From NCBI GenBank assembly GCA_963693365.1, contig CAVNZM010000013.1, forward strand, positions 1,017,817 through 1,081,816: a stretch of 64,000 nucleotides of DNA, in the 5' to 3' direction. The position numbers and the translations under genes were made by a program. The stretch's first letter is position 1. The number at the start of each line of letters is the position of its first letter. Positions 25,241 through 43,241 of this stretch are shown piece after piece. The stretch is from Amoebidium appalachense (taxonomy: Eukaryota; Protista; Ichthyosporea). The notes under the pieces were generated by a model. The model was not told where the DNA came from. It saw nothing but the letters and a program-made list of their open reading frames with translations, and made no database searches.

Positions 25241-27390
25241 CTCTCGACAAAGTGGCAACCTTTTGATACCGGCCTCTTCACGTGTGACTTTCGCCACACC
25301 AAAACTTGACTTCTGCATTCGAACTTCGGTGTTTTATTTGCAAATTTGGGCCGTAAATGGGACATCCAATCATAATCCTCGATGACCCGCCGGTGGAATG
25401 CAATTTTAATAAGATTGGAAAACCGGGAAAATTATCGGGAAATAATATCGTTCAAATTGATGAAATGTGTTGTGGATGTGATGGCATGTTTTAAGAAATC
25501 AGACGGACTTTTTCAAGGAACCAGCATCATAAGGTGTTATATGTATTATAAATGGTGCATTATTGTATCGCTCTTGAAGATTAGTAGCCACCCATTCCCA
25601 TTATTTACCTGCAATATATTTCGCTCAGTCGATCAAAATTACGGCAAAACCTAAGGAAAACGTATTTTCCAACCGGTAGCTGCTGACGGAATGCCTGTCG
25701 AATAAATATATCCAATCTCAGTTATCCTCTGTCCAATAATCAAGCTGTATATCAAAAGGTAGACAGCTTTCTAAGCAACTTCGGCACACTACATATATTT
25801 TGCCACGTGCTAGCAGTCAATCGTCTTATCAAGTTGAGAGTATTCAGAAATATGAGAAAGCTGTGATATGGCCTGTTGGAATCTAATAGACTCTATCAGC
25901 TCTAACCTTGCAGCGCAGGACCCTCATAATAACAATATAGTAGGTGGGGTTCTGCACCATCTCTATTATTGTGAGATATTTTGTGCAAATGTTTTGTAAA
26001 TATAGCGTCACAAAATGTTGTAGCGCCAGCGTGACTCGCTGGGGATAAACTTCAACCAATCACATAAGACAATTAGCAATCTATTAATAGTTTCATGCAT
26101 GCCGTGTACAAGTGTGTGGGTAAGCATAAAAAAAAACCAAATTATGCAGGTTGAAAGGCAAACGATAAAATGGAGGTATGCACTTAGGAAAAAATAAACG
26201 TGCAACTATAATAGGCCACGTAATCTGGAAACCCTGTATAAAGCACTACTATGAAATGAACGCTCTGTGGCCGAAGTGCAGTGTGAACACAGTCACAGGT
26301 CACCCGGACAGGCGGACACTTCGAGGAGGCAATTAATTGGTAAGCCAATTAAAGGAGAATGTCGAAGTCTTTATATGGACAGTGTTTTAATTGCTATTCA
26401 CACTTTTGAGCCAATCAGTGCCTCGATTCGCACAATTTCTGCTAATTTTTGCAATCACGGCATCCATATGGAATCATAACCAGTATCAACCTCTTATCAC
26501 ACAGGGGCACACACGCATAATAAGTTGTGTGTAGGAAGTTGAACCCAAACACACACTCACTCAGCCTCAGCATCAGCCTTTCATAGTAGGCACAAGCAAA
26601 CCCAAATGTACCTACATGTGCGAACACACACGCACACGTGCACAAAGAGATCAATACTTCAATACTAATACTATAGAGCGCCCCCAAGTACTTAGGAAGA
26701 AGTTCGTATTTTGGATATATTTGTATATCCCAGTATTATAACTCCCATGCCGTGTCAGTATCAGTGTGTATCACGTAATAAAGATGTCGCGTCGATGAAG
26801 TTTTGAAATTGTATGATCTAGGTTGTAGAAAAATGTTTATCGGTATGCATTCTCTAAGATCGTACGTGGTGCGCCTCCTCGCTCACTTTCTTCTTAAAAA
26901 TATCTAAAAACCATATCTGAAGTTCTTTAGTCACACTTCGAAAAGGGGTATAAGTTATCTAATTTAGAACTGTCTCCGTAGGACAAAATTAGCGGATCAT
27001 GCGCCGGTCGCATATGCATGAGCGGCGCACGCAACCATCCATGGCTCCATGGGGTCTGTGTGCCGCAATGCGCATGCATCGGTAAAGCACGCGACTCAGT
27101 AGCAAGGTTTTGAAAAGTTATCTAGCTGTACTTATTTATTTTTTGTAAGGCGGGCCGTGCACAATCAACACAAGCTCTGAGGGTTTACGTCCGCATTTCT
27201 GCAATTTCCAAATTTTGGTCACTAGATTTACCGATAGAGTCATATAAAGCGGCGCTGCACGGGTCAATGCCGTCAGTTTTCACTAGACAGAAGTTGCACT
27301 ACTGTGCAGAGCAGTGTGGTAGTACAAAACTCCTCTTCAAGGTCTGCAGTGGCCAACGTTGCTGTGTTGTGGCTTCTTCTAGCCGCAATC

Positions 27391-29185
27391 ATGGCGCAGA
27401 CGCCGCCACTCTCCGCGTACCTGGAGTACGACGTGAATAATTACAAGACTGATGTGCCACGAACAGTGTCTACTTTCTTTACAAATAACACGTTTCCGTC
27501 TCTTTTATCACATGTCAACTCCCAACAAACCGTTTCCCTGTTCACAGTTGTAGGTTATGATAACGTTGGGTGCATGCACATGCTGTGGCGTTCCCTTGAC
27601 GACCCTGCGCTTGTCGGCCCTCTAATGCACCTTGCGGGAATTGAAATGTATGAAGCCTTTGGAAGTGGGAAACTTGGACACATTGCAGCATTTGGACAAA
27701 ATGAGGAACTTGATTTTCACGCACACACACTCCAGAATTGCTCTGCCTGTGCACTTGACACTGCTTAAGACATACACGAGTCATACACCAACACATATGG
27801 CGTCTCTCACCACTATGCACAAAAACCAGACATCACAATGGCTTTGCGTCAGGCCTTTACACTTGCACACCCACTCGGCACACACCTACAACACCAAATT
27901 GCCTTAATTGAATCTGGTCGTGCAAATCTTCTGCAAGCCATTAAAAAGCCAGACCTGCTGCGTGCCTTTTTGTTTGAGTTTTTAATGACAAGCGAATATG
28001 TGCATAAAGTGTCTGCCTCCTATACGTTCAGTTCAGTTGATGGTGAAGTAAAAGAGGTTGACCAGGACTTTTCTGTTGGTTTATTTGATGCCCAGGACTT
28101 TTCTGTTGGTTTATTTGATGCACTCTGCTCCATGACACAAACCAACTTAAGGATCTGGACACCCTTTATGAACTGCCTAAAACCCCGCCACTTAGTACTC
28201 CAGCCAAACCACACCAGAACACTGGATATCCTGTATGAAGAGGCACACACAGGATACAACTTAGACAAGTTGCAAGAGCCTGCAGATGTTTTTGCACACA
28301 TCAGCGAATGGAAACTGGAAAAAGTTGCACTGTCACAACAGAACGTCTGTAGTTTTTGCCCCTCACGCCTATTAAAAGAGGAGAAATCCTCTTTCTGTTG
28401 TGGAAACGGAAAATGGGTGATCCCAACACTCCCCCCCTCCCTTTACAGCTAACACAACTATACAACACACCTGCTTTCACCAAAAAGGCAAGAGAATATA
28501 ACAACATGTACATGTTTGCATTCACAGCCATGGGCTGGTCTCAAAGAACCGTTACACAGGCAGCTCCTTCATTTGTCAAGGTATGCGGCAGGTCATACCA
28601 CAGGGTGCACGATTCAACTACCAGTCTTTCCAATATACGGTACTATATCTATGAAGGTATATGGGCAGCAGTTGCTGCTGCACTGATCTCTGTCATCAGC
28701 TTTCATTTCACTCCTCGAAAGTGCTCTGTACCAGTGCAACCCTATAGCATCTGAGTTCCGCTGACTAAGCCAAGCCTACCCAGACCAAGAAAACTTTCAC
28801 GTAGCCTTTCAAAGCAATAACAGAAGAACTGCTACACCCCAGGCTCCCGAGATTGCAGCCTTATATAATATGGACCCAGTGCATGCAGGAAGACACGTAA
28901 TATGGTTCCACCGATTCTCAAACCAACGTCCCGAGCAAGTTCACTACCTAAATGAGCTATGTGAACCACTGCAATATGCTTTACTGTTTTTGCAAGGCAC
29001 ACCAGGTTGGAGCCTCAATATTACGTGTCTTCCTGCATGCACTAGGTGTCAGTCACAAAAGCAGCAAGACGACTACTGCACACTACCCACTTCCACAATG
29101 TTGGCAGGTTGATGTCTGAATGGGCCTGTGACCAATTTTCACGAGCAGAAGATGAAAGACTGGACTGGGTGAGAAGTAGACAATA
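27391..29185 (+). pseudogene. Helitron RepHel protein remnant (N-terminal part), disrupted by stops and frameshifts
   Basis: Blocks CSFCPSRLLKEEKSSFCCGNGK, AREYNNM.FAFTAMG, FVKVCGRSYHRV, EIAALY, EPLQYALLFLQGTPGW and GRLMSEWACDQFSRAEDERLDWVRSRQ are spread over different frames. In-frame TAA at 27766; 30-bp internal duplication at ~28062-28121; no Rep HUH or PIF1 helicase motifs remain. Confidence 0.82.
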
Positions 29186-29218
29186 TATATCCATAAATGA
29201 TATATAGTATATGTAAAT

Positions 29219-29249
<31 letters not shown>

Positions 29250-29262
29250 AAGAAGTTCCGGA

Positions 29263-29552
29263 TCCTGTATATTAATTTCTGCGCCTGTCAGTGAAAGTGT
29301 GCAGGCTACATTGCGTCATATTTTAAATTTAGTTTCTATAAAACCCTACAAACAAAAATAAAGCTCCACCAGGCAACAGTGTTGCCATGTTATGATATAT
29401 CTTGTGCCTATAAATTTTTCACCAAATACACTCTATGTTCTCTTCTCTTTCTTTTGACTGGATTTATTCTCTTCTCTTCCGCTTCAAATTCTGTGCACAT
29501 GTCCCATGCAGGCCCCGCCCCAACGGGGCGGGGGGGTACCTGTATTTACTAG
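29263..29552 (+). mobile_element. Possible short non-autonomous Helitron (~290 bp) providing the 3' terminus
   Basis: A|TCCTGTATATTAATTTCTGCGCCTGTCAGTGAAAGTGTG at 29263 resembles the putative 5' end at 26728 (TCCCAGTATTATAACTCCCATGCCGTGTCAGTATCAGTGTG); ends in hairpin+CTAG|T. Confidence 0.5.
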
Positions 29553-29954
29553 TATACATATGTAACATACAATGAACCCACGAAATCAGGTGCCACAATA
29601 CTCGGCTGGCAGGCACGCACCGTCACGGATGGATTCTTTTCAGCGCCCATGGCCAACGTTATGTGCAGCAACGGTTTGCAGGTTCATAATAACTTCTTAT
29701 TCATATGTTAACGTTCACACAGAGTGACAACCCACTGATGTCAGACATGTATGTGTACACATGCATATGCACATGCCATATGCATGCTGGTGCCTTTTCA
29801 GCAAATATTATAATAAGCAAAACACCGAATTGCTTATTGATCATTATTACCAAATGACGGTAACAACTGACCGTTGGTGGGTACCACACCACTGGGTATA
29901 CGTAAATAATTGTATGTGTGTGCGAGAGAGAGAGAGAGAGAGAGAGAGATCGGA

Positions 29955-29987
<33 letters not shown>

Positions 29988-30151
29988 CCCCCCCCCCCCT
30001 CGCCCCTTCCCCTGAGGCTCTCTCTCTCTCTCTCTGCCCCCCCCCCTCTCTTTCTCCTTTCCCCCCACCCCCCACCCCCCTCTCTCTCTAGATCTCCCGT
30101 GGTCTGTCGCTCTCTCTCTGAGACTCTATCATAGTATTCCTCTCTCTCTCC

Positions 30152-30182
<31 letters not shown>

Positions 30183-30658
30183 CCCCCCCCCCCCCCCCCC
30201 CCCCCCCCCCTTCAATCTCTCTTTCAGTCTCTCTTTGTCCCCACCATCCACTTTCCCCCCCTTCCCCTACATCTCTCTCCTGCCCCCTCCTCTCTTCCTT
30301 TCTCTCTCTCTCTCTCTGACTCGGGGCCCCATTCTCCCAGCCCCACCTCCCCCCTCCCCCCCCCCCCCCCCCCCCCCCCGCGGCCCCAACAAGCTCACTG
30401 ACGCAGACACGTGCATGCATCGTCTAACATGCACGCGTGCACACAAACAAACACCCGCACACACACACACACACAAATCCCGGAAGACACACACATGTGT
30501 TCGTGCTAGCCTGGGCGGCCAGGGTCAAAATGACACAGGCCGACAGTTTTAGGCACACTCGCTATGGCAAGAACACACAACCTAATGCCACACATTGCAG
30601 CTGCTGCAAACACTCACACGCACACACACGCGCGTGCGCGCGCGCATACACAGACGCG

Positions 30659-30729
<71 letters not shown>

Positions 30730-31457
30730 TTATTTACCCACACAACCACTGATCAAACATCGCTCCTCCCAACCTCCCCGCCAATCTGCACCTGGCCCTA
30801 TCACGAAAAGTAGAAATCATATGGGCACATGGGTCTAAAGAAGTTAATGAGTAGGGCGGAGGGATTGAGAGCAGCCGGCCTGTGGCCCGGGAAGGAGGAG
30901 GAAGAGGGGGGGAGGGGGAAAAGGGGGGGGGGGGGGGGGGGAGGGGGGGGGGGGGGGTAAAGGGAGCAAAAAGTAGAGGGGAGGGAGAGGGAGGGGGGAC
31001 GGGTAGGGGGGGGATGGGGGGAAGGGGGGGGGGAGGACACCACCCGACCGGACAGTTGGGTCCTTCCCCTCGGATTAGAGCACGCTCCACCGTACACGGT
31101 TGATTGAGCGAGGGTCGGGGAGAGATATCATAGTGGATGATAATAGTGGTGGTTTCAAGGGGGAGGGGGAGAGGGGGGGGGAGGGGGGGGGGGGGGCACG
31201 AGAACGGTATCTGGTATATCTACCCCCCCTCCCCCCCCCCCCTGCCATTCTCAAAATCAAAACAGTTAGGCTGGATTGGTGGTAGATTGAAAATCATAGG
31301 GCCCCTGAGGTAGGGCAGGAGTGGTGCAACAGTTTGAACAGTGGTTGTGTGGTTGAGGTGTTTTGCTGGGGCTGGGACATGAAGGAGAAAAAAACGGAGT
31401 TATAGTCCTGTATGTGCGTTGGAGTTGTAGTGGGAGGGTATTTGGGGGTTGGGGGGT

Positions 31458-31488
<31 letters not shown>

Positions 31489-33672
31489 GGAATCCACATC
31501 ATGTGGGTGCTCTGTACAAAAACTTAATCGTGCAGAGATTTTGCGACAATGAGAACAGCAGCTACCTTGTGGCATTTAGTCTCAAATGATTTAAACCGTG
31601 GGGGGCGCGGGGAGGGGGGGGGAGAAGGGGGGAGGGGCCGGGGGGGGGGGGGGGGGGGGGGGGGGTTGATTGACTGCGGCCGACTCAAATAATTTCGACA
31701 CGAACAAGATTGGTGCTCCGCGTTTGCTTTGCCGTTTCGATCCAACTGCATAAGGACTAACAAATAGGCTGTTGAAACTCAAGGGTTCTTCTGCCCACAT
31801 ACATAATGCAAACTCCCGTATTTTCTTTGAATTCCCGTATTTTCTTTGCCGTATTTTCTTTAAAGAGGCCTTAATGAACCTGCACATACTGGCACCAACT
31901 TAAATTTTGCGGTTATCAATTGAATTAGTAGACGGTCCTTTTAGTAACACCATTGAAATTGCATTCCCTGAAGCACATACACAACACCATTTCAGACGAG
32001 TCACTGATATTAGATGCAGATATGCTAACTGTTTACCTAAGACTATGAACCAATCTAATCCGAGATAATAGCTGCCTATACGGTAGTAGAATTTGTGACC
32101 AACCACGTGATATATAACCTGTAGCCGTTAAACCAATCATTGAAAAGGCTGAAGAGGATGGATATGGGCAGGGAGGGAGAAGGGGGAAGGGGGGAGGAGG
32201 CGGGGGGGGGGGGGGGGGGGGGGAGAGGGAGGGGGGGGGGGGGGGGGGGTGCCATTGGGTGGTTGGGTGAATGGTGGGTGGTGGTGGGTGGTGGTGGGTG
32301 GTGGTGACAGGGTGGGGGCGGTGGGGGGGGGGGAGGGGGGGGGGGGGGGGTTCAGGTGAGGCTGGGCCCCAGTTAGTGTCCGTAGGAATACTATACATAG
32401 CCAGTGGGCATAAGCATAATGGCTTTTCGGACAGGCTGAGTTTGTAACGATGTTATCACCCCAGCGCTTTTTTGGCTGTTATCTATATATTTTCTGAAAG
32501 CTTATAGTGTTTATTACATTGTTTTGTAGAAACAATGGTCCTGCAGGCAGCGCTGCAGCCAAAAAAGCTAGCCAGCAAGGGGGAAAACTGACCTTTTATG
32601 GTTAGCCACCTGCCAAATATGGTGCGGAAATGATGGGGAACTTTGATTGGGTAATGTTTATACCTATCCGCCATTGGATAGTGATCAGCGTTTCGATCCA
32701 CTTTTGGTTACTCAGTGATCAGAGAAGGTAGCCATGGTGAAAGGCTGTACCCAATCAGAATCCAAAGACCTAAAACGATCCATTTTTGGAAGGCAGATAA
32801 CCATATATGGTTAGTTCTTTCTGGATCCCGGCCTATCCCGGCTTCCCCGACCCGTGGGTGCCACCAATCAGAACATAGGCCCGAAACCGTCCCACCAATG
32901 AAAACACCCGAATCTTGTGGTGCCGATCGCCGATTAAAACTGGTGATCTGCAATTGGGAACTAATATTAAAGACTAAATAAAACCCGACATTAGTGTTTT
33001 AAAAATCCTACCAATCAGATCGCCGGGTCCAGGTTGCCTTAAGGTTGATGTAAGTGCGATCCTAAGAAGGCGAGATCATGCGGTTCTGGCCATTAACGTA
33101 TGCCAAGACCCGAGTAACTACGAAAATTCTGGGGGGGTTAACTATGCTAATATTAGTCGATTTTTTTCGATCGGAGTTTGTAATTAGGCAATCTGACCGT
33201 GAGGAGTTGGAAGGTGGGGGGGGGGGGGGGGGGGGGGGACGAGGGAATGGGGAGGGGGTTGGAACCCTGGGTGTGGGGAGGGTGGGGTTGGGGGGAAGGG
33301 AGGGGGGAGGGGGGGGGGAATGTGATTGGCTCGCAGATGATCATGTAGCAGGGATTCAGATGTGGCGTCTTTGAGAACGTCTCTGGCAAAGTGGGGGGGG
33401 GGGGGGGGGGGGGGAGGACAGAGAGACGGTGAGGACAGGGTAGGCGGGAAGGGGGGGGAGGACAAGGGGGAGGGAGGGTGGGAGCTTGAGGGGACCCCGG
33501 GGGGGGGGGGCTTGACCCTACCATTTGCTGGGCCGCTTGTGGCACGTACTACATTGAAATTGGATGGAACTGGGGGGTGGAGGGGGGGGGGGGGGGGGGA
33601 AGGTAAGCTGGTGGGGAGGGGAGGTGGGGGGGGGAAAGGAGGGGATGAGGGAACCGGAGGTTGGAGGGGGGT

Positions 33673-33704
<32 letters not shown>

Positions 33705-33913
33705 CGCAGAATTTGACATTCAAAAGCTAAACTTAAAAACAGAAAGAAGGAGGTACACTGTGCAGTTGGAGTGGTGTTGGAATCATTCAAACTCAAAATT
33801 AAGGGGGGAGAGGGGGGGAGGGGGAGGGGGGGATCAAGTTATTTATTATAAACACAGAAAGCCAAGTGTGGGAAATCACGATGAAGGAGCAGCAGGAAGT
33901 TCGGGAGGGAGGG

Positions 33914-33953
<40 letters not shown>

Positions 33954-34023
33954 GGAGAAGCTGTGGGGGAACGAGGGGGAGAGGGGGGGGGGGGGTAGGG
34001 GTGGTATGTGTGTGTTTGCGGGC

Positions 34024-34055
<32 letters not shown>

Positions 34056-34151
34056 GGCACAGAAGGCTCGGTGAATTAGAAGATGTGTGTGTGTGCGAGT
34101 GTGTGAGCATTTGCACCCGTCCAAACGTGGTTTCTTCGGTCCCAAGGAGGG

Positions 34152-34196
<45 letters not shown>

Positions 34197-34686
34197 AATA
34201 GCGAGATGCCGTGGCAAGGATCCAAACTGAGCACCAGAGATTGTGAGGGTGGAGGCAGTGTGTGAGGTTGCCATTAAAGCAACCACCGCTTCTCCCATTT
34301 TAGCGACTGGGCGGCGAGCCACATTGATGACGTCGCTTTGTTACAAATTGTCACGCAGCCGTTTTGGCGCTTAGCTTGAAAAAGACGCAAAACTTAGTTT
34401 AGTAGTATGTCGACATCGGCAATGTGACCTAACATGTTCACGTCTTCTGATTGGTGAAAGGCATCTGAGAAATATGGCTCATGGATGCTCGCCGCCCAGA
34501 CGCTAAAATGGTAGATACGGAGGTTGGTTTAATAAATTAGAAGCAAAATTAAAGGCCCTTCCAGAAGTCTATTTGCACATATCATGACTGTATTGAAAAA
34601 AAAAAACTAAATCAAATTTCATCGAGAAAATGAGGGGGCCCCTGGGGGAGGCAAAGGTTTCTTCTTTCAAGGTTTTTTTTTTTTTG

Positions 34687-34721
<35 letters not shown>

Positions 34722-35291
34722 GAGGGGAGGGGGGAGGAGGGGAGGGAGGGGAGGGGGAGGGGGGAAGGTGGGAGGGCAGATGCACACATAATACCAGGTA
34801 GTGATAGAAATTCGTCGCCCGTGGCCCTCTCTCTTTAAATTCCCCCCTTCCTCCCCCAACCCCCCGCCTCCCCCCTCCCCCCCACCCCACTCTCCACCCC
34901 AATCCCCCGCTGAACAGAAAAACGATCCTGACAACGCGTTCTTTGTCATCACCAGTTCAAACGAGCCCCTCCCCCCCCCCCCCCCCCCTCCCCCCCCCCC
35001 CTTCCCCCCCCCCCCCCCCTCCCCCCTAAACTGGCTTTCCCCCTGTCCCTCACCCTGGCCTAAGTGCCCCTACCCTGCCCCCCTCATCATGTACACCATA
35101 ATCATATACAAGCATACTCATATGTGCGCGTAATCGAATGCACATGCAATCATATGCACACCTGATCACACACGCCCGCACGGCCACACACACACATACG
35201 CGCACACACGCGCACACCTCACACACGCGTGCGCGCACACACATGCACACAAACACACGCGCGCGCGCGCACGCACACACACACACACATA

Positions 35292-35398
<107 letters not shown>

Positions 35399-35994
35399 CC
35401 CACTGCCTGATTCGGAATCCCTTCTCGAGCTCTATCTCACTGAGAAACCACCATCAAAATAGAATGATACCCACCCAAGCAACCCCCCCCCCCCCCACCT
35501 CCCACTCTCCCCTCCCCCCCCTCCCCCCCCCCCCCCCCCGCCTCGCCACATTCCTTGAAGTTATCCACCTTAGAATCTAAATTTGAATAAAAAATTCTGC
35601 CGCATCTCTAGCACCCAATGATATCTCTCCAATTATCATGAGGGAGTCTGACAGTTTGCCACTTCAAGGCTCACTTACATTTGCCTTCGTATACCCCCCC
35701 ATATAGTCATAATCACCGTCCGCCCGGATTTTGGGGGGAAAGGGGGGGGGGGGGGGGGGGGGGGGTGGAGGGGGGTGGGGGGGAGGGAGAGGGGGCCGGG
35801 GGGGTGGGTGTGGAGGGGAGAGGGGGGAGGGGGGAGGGGGGGGGGGGGGAGGGGAGGAGGGAAGGAAGTACAGAGGGGGGTGACATTATGAGGCTAAGGC
35901 TAAGGTGGTGTGCTGCTTAATATTTCATCGTACGGTAAGGGTTGGTGGTGGTGGTCGTGCATAGGGGTTTTGGGGGAGGAGAAAGAAGGGGGGC

Positions 35995-36032
<38 letters not shown>

Positions 36033-36211
36033 AGGGGTTAGACGTACTAGGAGAAACGGTTGGTTGGAAAGAGGGGGGGAGGGCGATTGTGGGAAGAGAG
36101 AGGGGGGGGGGGGGGGTTGGAGGGGGGGGTTGGAGGGGGGGGGGGGGGGGGCAATGAGCTTCAAAAAGAAAGCATTTTCCGGATAAATGGCAATTAGGCA
36201 TGACCAATTTA

Positions 36212-36386
36212 CAGTCACCGCGCTTTATAGTGCCCCCCCACAATACGGCACCCCGTTCAATATAGCACCCCCCCCGCGATGTCACCGATTTGGGGTCTCG
36301 GGCAGGATTTAGACACGGACACATTACGATATAGCGTCCACCACGATAGAACGCCCCCCCAGAGGCGTTATATCGAGCGGGGACTA
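36212..36386. mobile_element. Tc1/mariner-pogo-like MITE (~175 bp)
   Basis: TA|CAGTCACCGCGCTTTATAGTGCC ... GGCGTTATATCGAGCGGGGACTA|TA: imperfect 23-bp TIRs, the left one starting CAGT, flanked by TA on both sides. Confidence 0.55.
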
Positions 36387-36562
36387 TAACTCCACAGGTG
36401 ACACTATGATATCACGATTATCTCAACTTCGGTGCATGTTTGTGCCACCATGGACTGAGGGCCAACGTGTCTTTCTTTTTTTTCTTTTCTTCTTCTCCTT
36501 TGTTTTTTTCTTTTCTTTTCTTTTCTTTTCTTTCTTTCTTTCTTTCTTTTTTTTGGGGAGGG

Positions 36563-36593
<31 letters not shown>

Positions 36594-36711
36594 GGGGCGG
36601 GGGGAGGGTGAGGGGGGGTGGTCTCTCTCTCTCTCTCTCCCCCCCCCCCCCCCCCTCTCCTCTGTGTGTGTGTGTGTGTGTGCGTGTGTGCGCACGCGCG
36701 CGCGCACGCGG

Positions 36712-36776
<65 letters not shown>

Positions 36777-37516
36777 CGTGTGTGTGTCGCCGACCAAGTT
36801 AGGCCACTGAACTAGGAGCTATAGATCTAATTAGCACTTCGCCGATACGACATATGCATAGCATAATTCTCCTAACAAAGAGATACAACATATTTATTAT
36901 ATTCGTTATTAAGGTTTATGCCTTCAAGCCGCTGAAATGCCAGCTCAGTCCAAGGTTTATTACTAACATTTAAGGGCCTTAATCCTCAATGAATTGTCGT
37001 TAACAATCAACAATTAGAAGTTAGAGGTTTATTACTAACATCAATATCCAATGAATCGTAGTTAACAAATTAGCAATAACGAAAACATCAATCAGCTCAC
37101 CTGCCAATCTGCTCTACTCAAAAGATTGGGAGGAAAGACGGGGGGGGTAGGATAAAAATGTGGTACAGAGTACGGAAAGTACACATTCACGACCGACAAC
37201 ACGAAAACAGAGTTTGTAAAGCACACATACGAATAGCATACATTATCAGCAGAGCCCATCGTCCCCGGGGAAGGGGGGGAGGGGAGGAGGGGAGGGAGGG
37301 CGGGGGGTGCCAGGGGTGGGGGAGAGAAAAGAGAGAGAGAGGGATAGAGAAGGGGGGAAGGGGGGAAGGGAGGGGGGGGGATACTAGTTCGCGGGGAGAG
37401 GGGGAGGGGGAGGGGGACGGGGTCCAAGATCTGACCACAAACCAATCAAATCAATCCAATAATATTTTATGAAAGGTAAAACTTTAAATCTCTCCAACAG
37501 CCCAGTACTGTATGCA

Positions 37517-41205
<3,689 letters not shown>

Positions 41206-42200
41206 GCTTGCTGTTGCATGTGTGGATTCTAAATTCCAAAAACTTTTCCGGTCTCGTTCAAGAGGTCAAAATAGGCCCTTAGTGTTCTCTCGAGCGCGTG
41301 AATGCGGCGTGATTACAAGAAACAGGAAAAGCTGCAGCGTGTTGCCGTTCATGATTGGTGGACCTAAAATAAGACCTAAAAATAAAGGCCTAAAAATAAG
41401 CTCCTCTAGAAATATATGCAATGGGGCGTAATTCGTTTATTAGAGACTTTTTCTGTGGCGGCAAATTCCGCGTCATCAGCATAGATATCCAAGCTTCTTA
41501 TACATGTAGTGTGTAATTAAGCTAAAAATAAAGCATATAGATTTAATATATATACATTGTTTGTTTTTATAACGATTTAATACAAACTATTATTTTCGTG
41601 AAGAGACCTTTCTTAACAGACTGTGTTTGGAAATTTGAAGATGTAAAAGTTAGCACCCCACATAAAGGTTTCGGAAGATTCAGCGGAATCGTGCAATTGG
41701 TGCAATCCTTTAGCGATGATTGGTTCATGAAAACAAAGAATTCGGTGATTCTGGATCCCTAAACTCCCAGCTTTGTAACGAGCTTCTAGTTTGACCAAGG
41801 TGTTTCAGCATTTATGTAATGCGAGTTTGGTGCCTTTCAGATATCACATGCACGTCAAACATTTATCTGGCGTAATTTTCTATTTGTTATCTATGTGGGT
41901 CATTGCTAATATGAATGGACTAATAGTAGTGTGGCCACTGTGGCGGCCAGACCACGACCATCATGGTTTAGGGAGAAGAGGGCGGCGCCGGTGGCCCAGG
42001 CTGCTCGCGCGCTGCAGCTCGATCCAGCCCGCGAGCAGCTGTGCACACAGTAAAGCTCTATTGTACACATGTATGGGCGCTCGTGCGTGCGTGCGTGCGT
42101 GTGTGCGTGTGTACGTGATTGCGTGCGTGCGTGCGTGTAATATTAATGTGTGTGCGTGTGTATTCACGTGCACGAGTGTGTGTGTGTTTGTGTGTGTGTT

Positions 42201-42276
<76 letters not shown>

Positions 42277-43100
42277 CAGTGTGTGTGTGTGTGTGACGTG
42301 TGTGTGACACTGTGTGTGTGTGTGCGTGTGTGTGCGTGCGTGTGTTTGTATTTCTGTGTGTATGTGTGCGTGTGTGTGCCTGTGTTTCTGTGTGTTTTGT
42401 GCTCGCGCCACATATTGCATTCAAGCTCTGTACATGTAGGTGAATGTGCTTGGTAGTAGTAGTGGCTTTCAAAGCTCACGCACCCACGTGCACGTGTGTG
42501 CCTTCTGTGAGTCACTGTGTGAGTGCGGAGCGTGTTTGTACATGTATGTGCAAGTTCATATGTGTTTTTGGCGATGCATTCATGTCCGTGTGTGAGCCAG
42601 AAGAGGGTTTGGGGGAAGAGGGAGAAAAAGAGAGCCTGGCAATCTGGAAAGAAGGAGAGGAGGGGGCCGGGGCCGGGGCCGGGGGAGCCTCGGAGGGGGG
42701 GGTGGGGGATTGGGGGGGAGGGGAGGGGGGGAAGGGGGGGGAGTTGCAAGGGAAGCGGGGAGTACAAGTGATCATAAGAAAGAACGAGCTCCAGAGATCT
42801 GGTGCACGTTGTGCACTCGTGCATAAGTGTGGGCCACCACGCCTTGAGCATCACATGTATGTATGCCGGTACAGTAATGAGTGGGCCCATCCGTGGGAGA
42901 GCTGAATGGAAGTATTTAAAAGCCCACAAAACCAAAAAACCAAAAAAAAAAACATTATCGCAGAAATAAACCAGGCACAACATTAAGGACCCCCCCCCCC
43001 CGGCCCCCCCTCCCCCGGGCCCCACTCGGAACACAAAAATACACGTACACACACTATTACCAAGTTGGACACACACCCTTTGGATTTAAAATGCACACAG

Positions 43101-43241
<141 letters not shown>

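Larger units (their letters stand above)
26728..29552 (+). mobile_element. Decayed, internally deleted Helitron (rolling-circle transposon)
   Basis: 3' end: hairpin CCCCGCCCC-AAC-GGGGCGGGG (29513-29533), then CTAG (29549-29552) followed by T. Putative 5' end A|TCCCAGTATTATAA at 26728, less certain. Contains RepHel N-terminal coding remnants. Confidence 0.8.
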
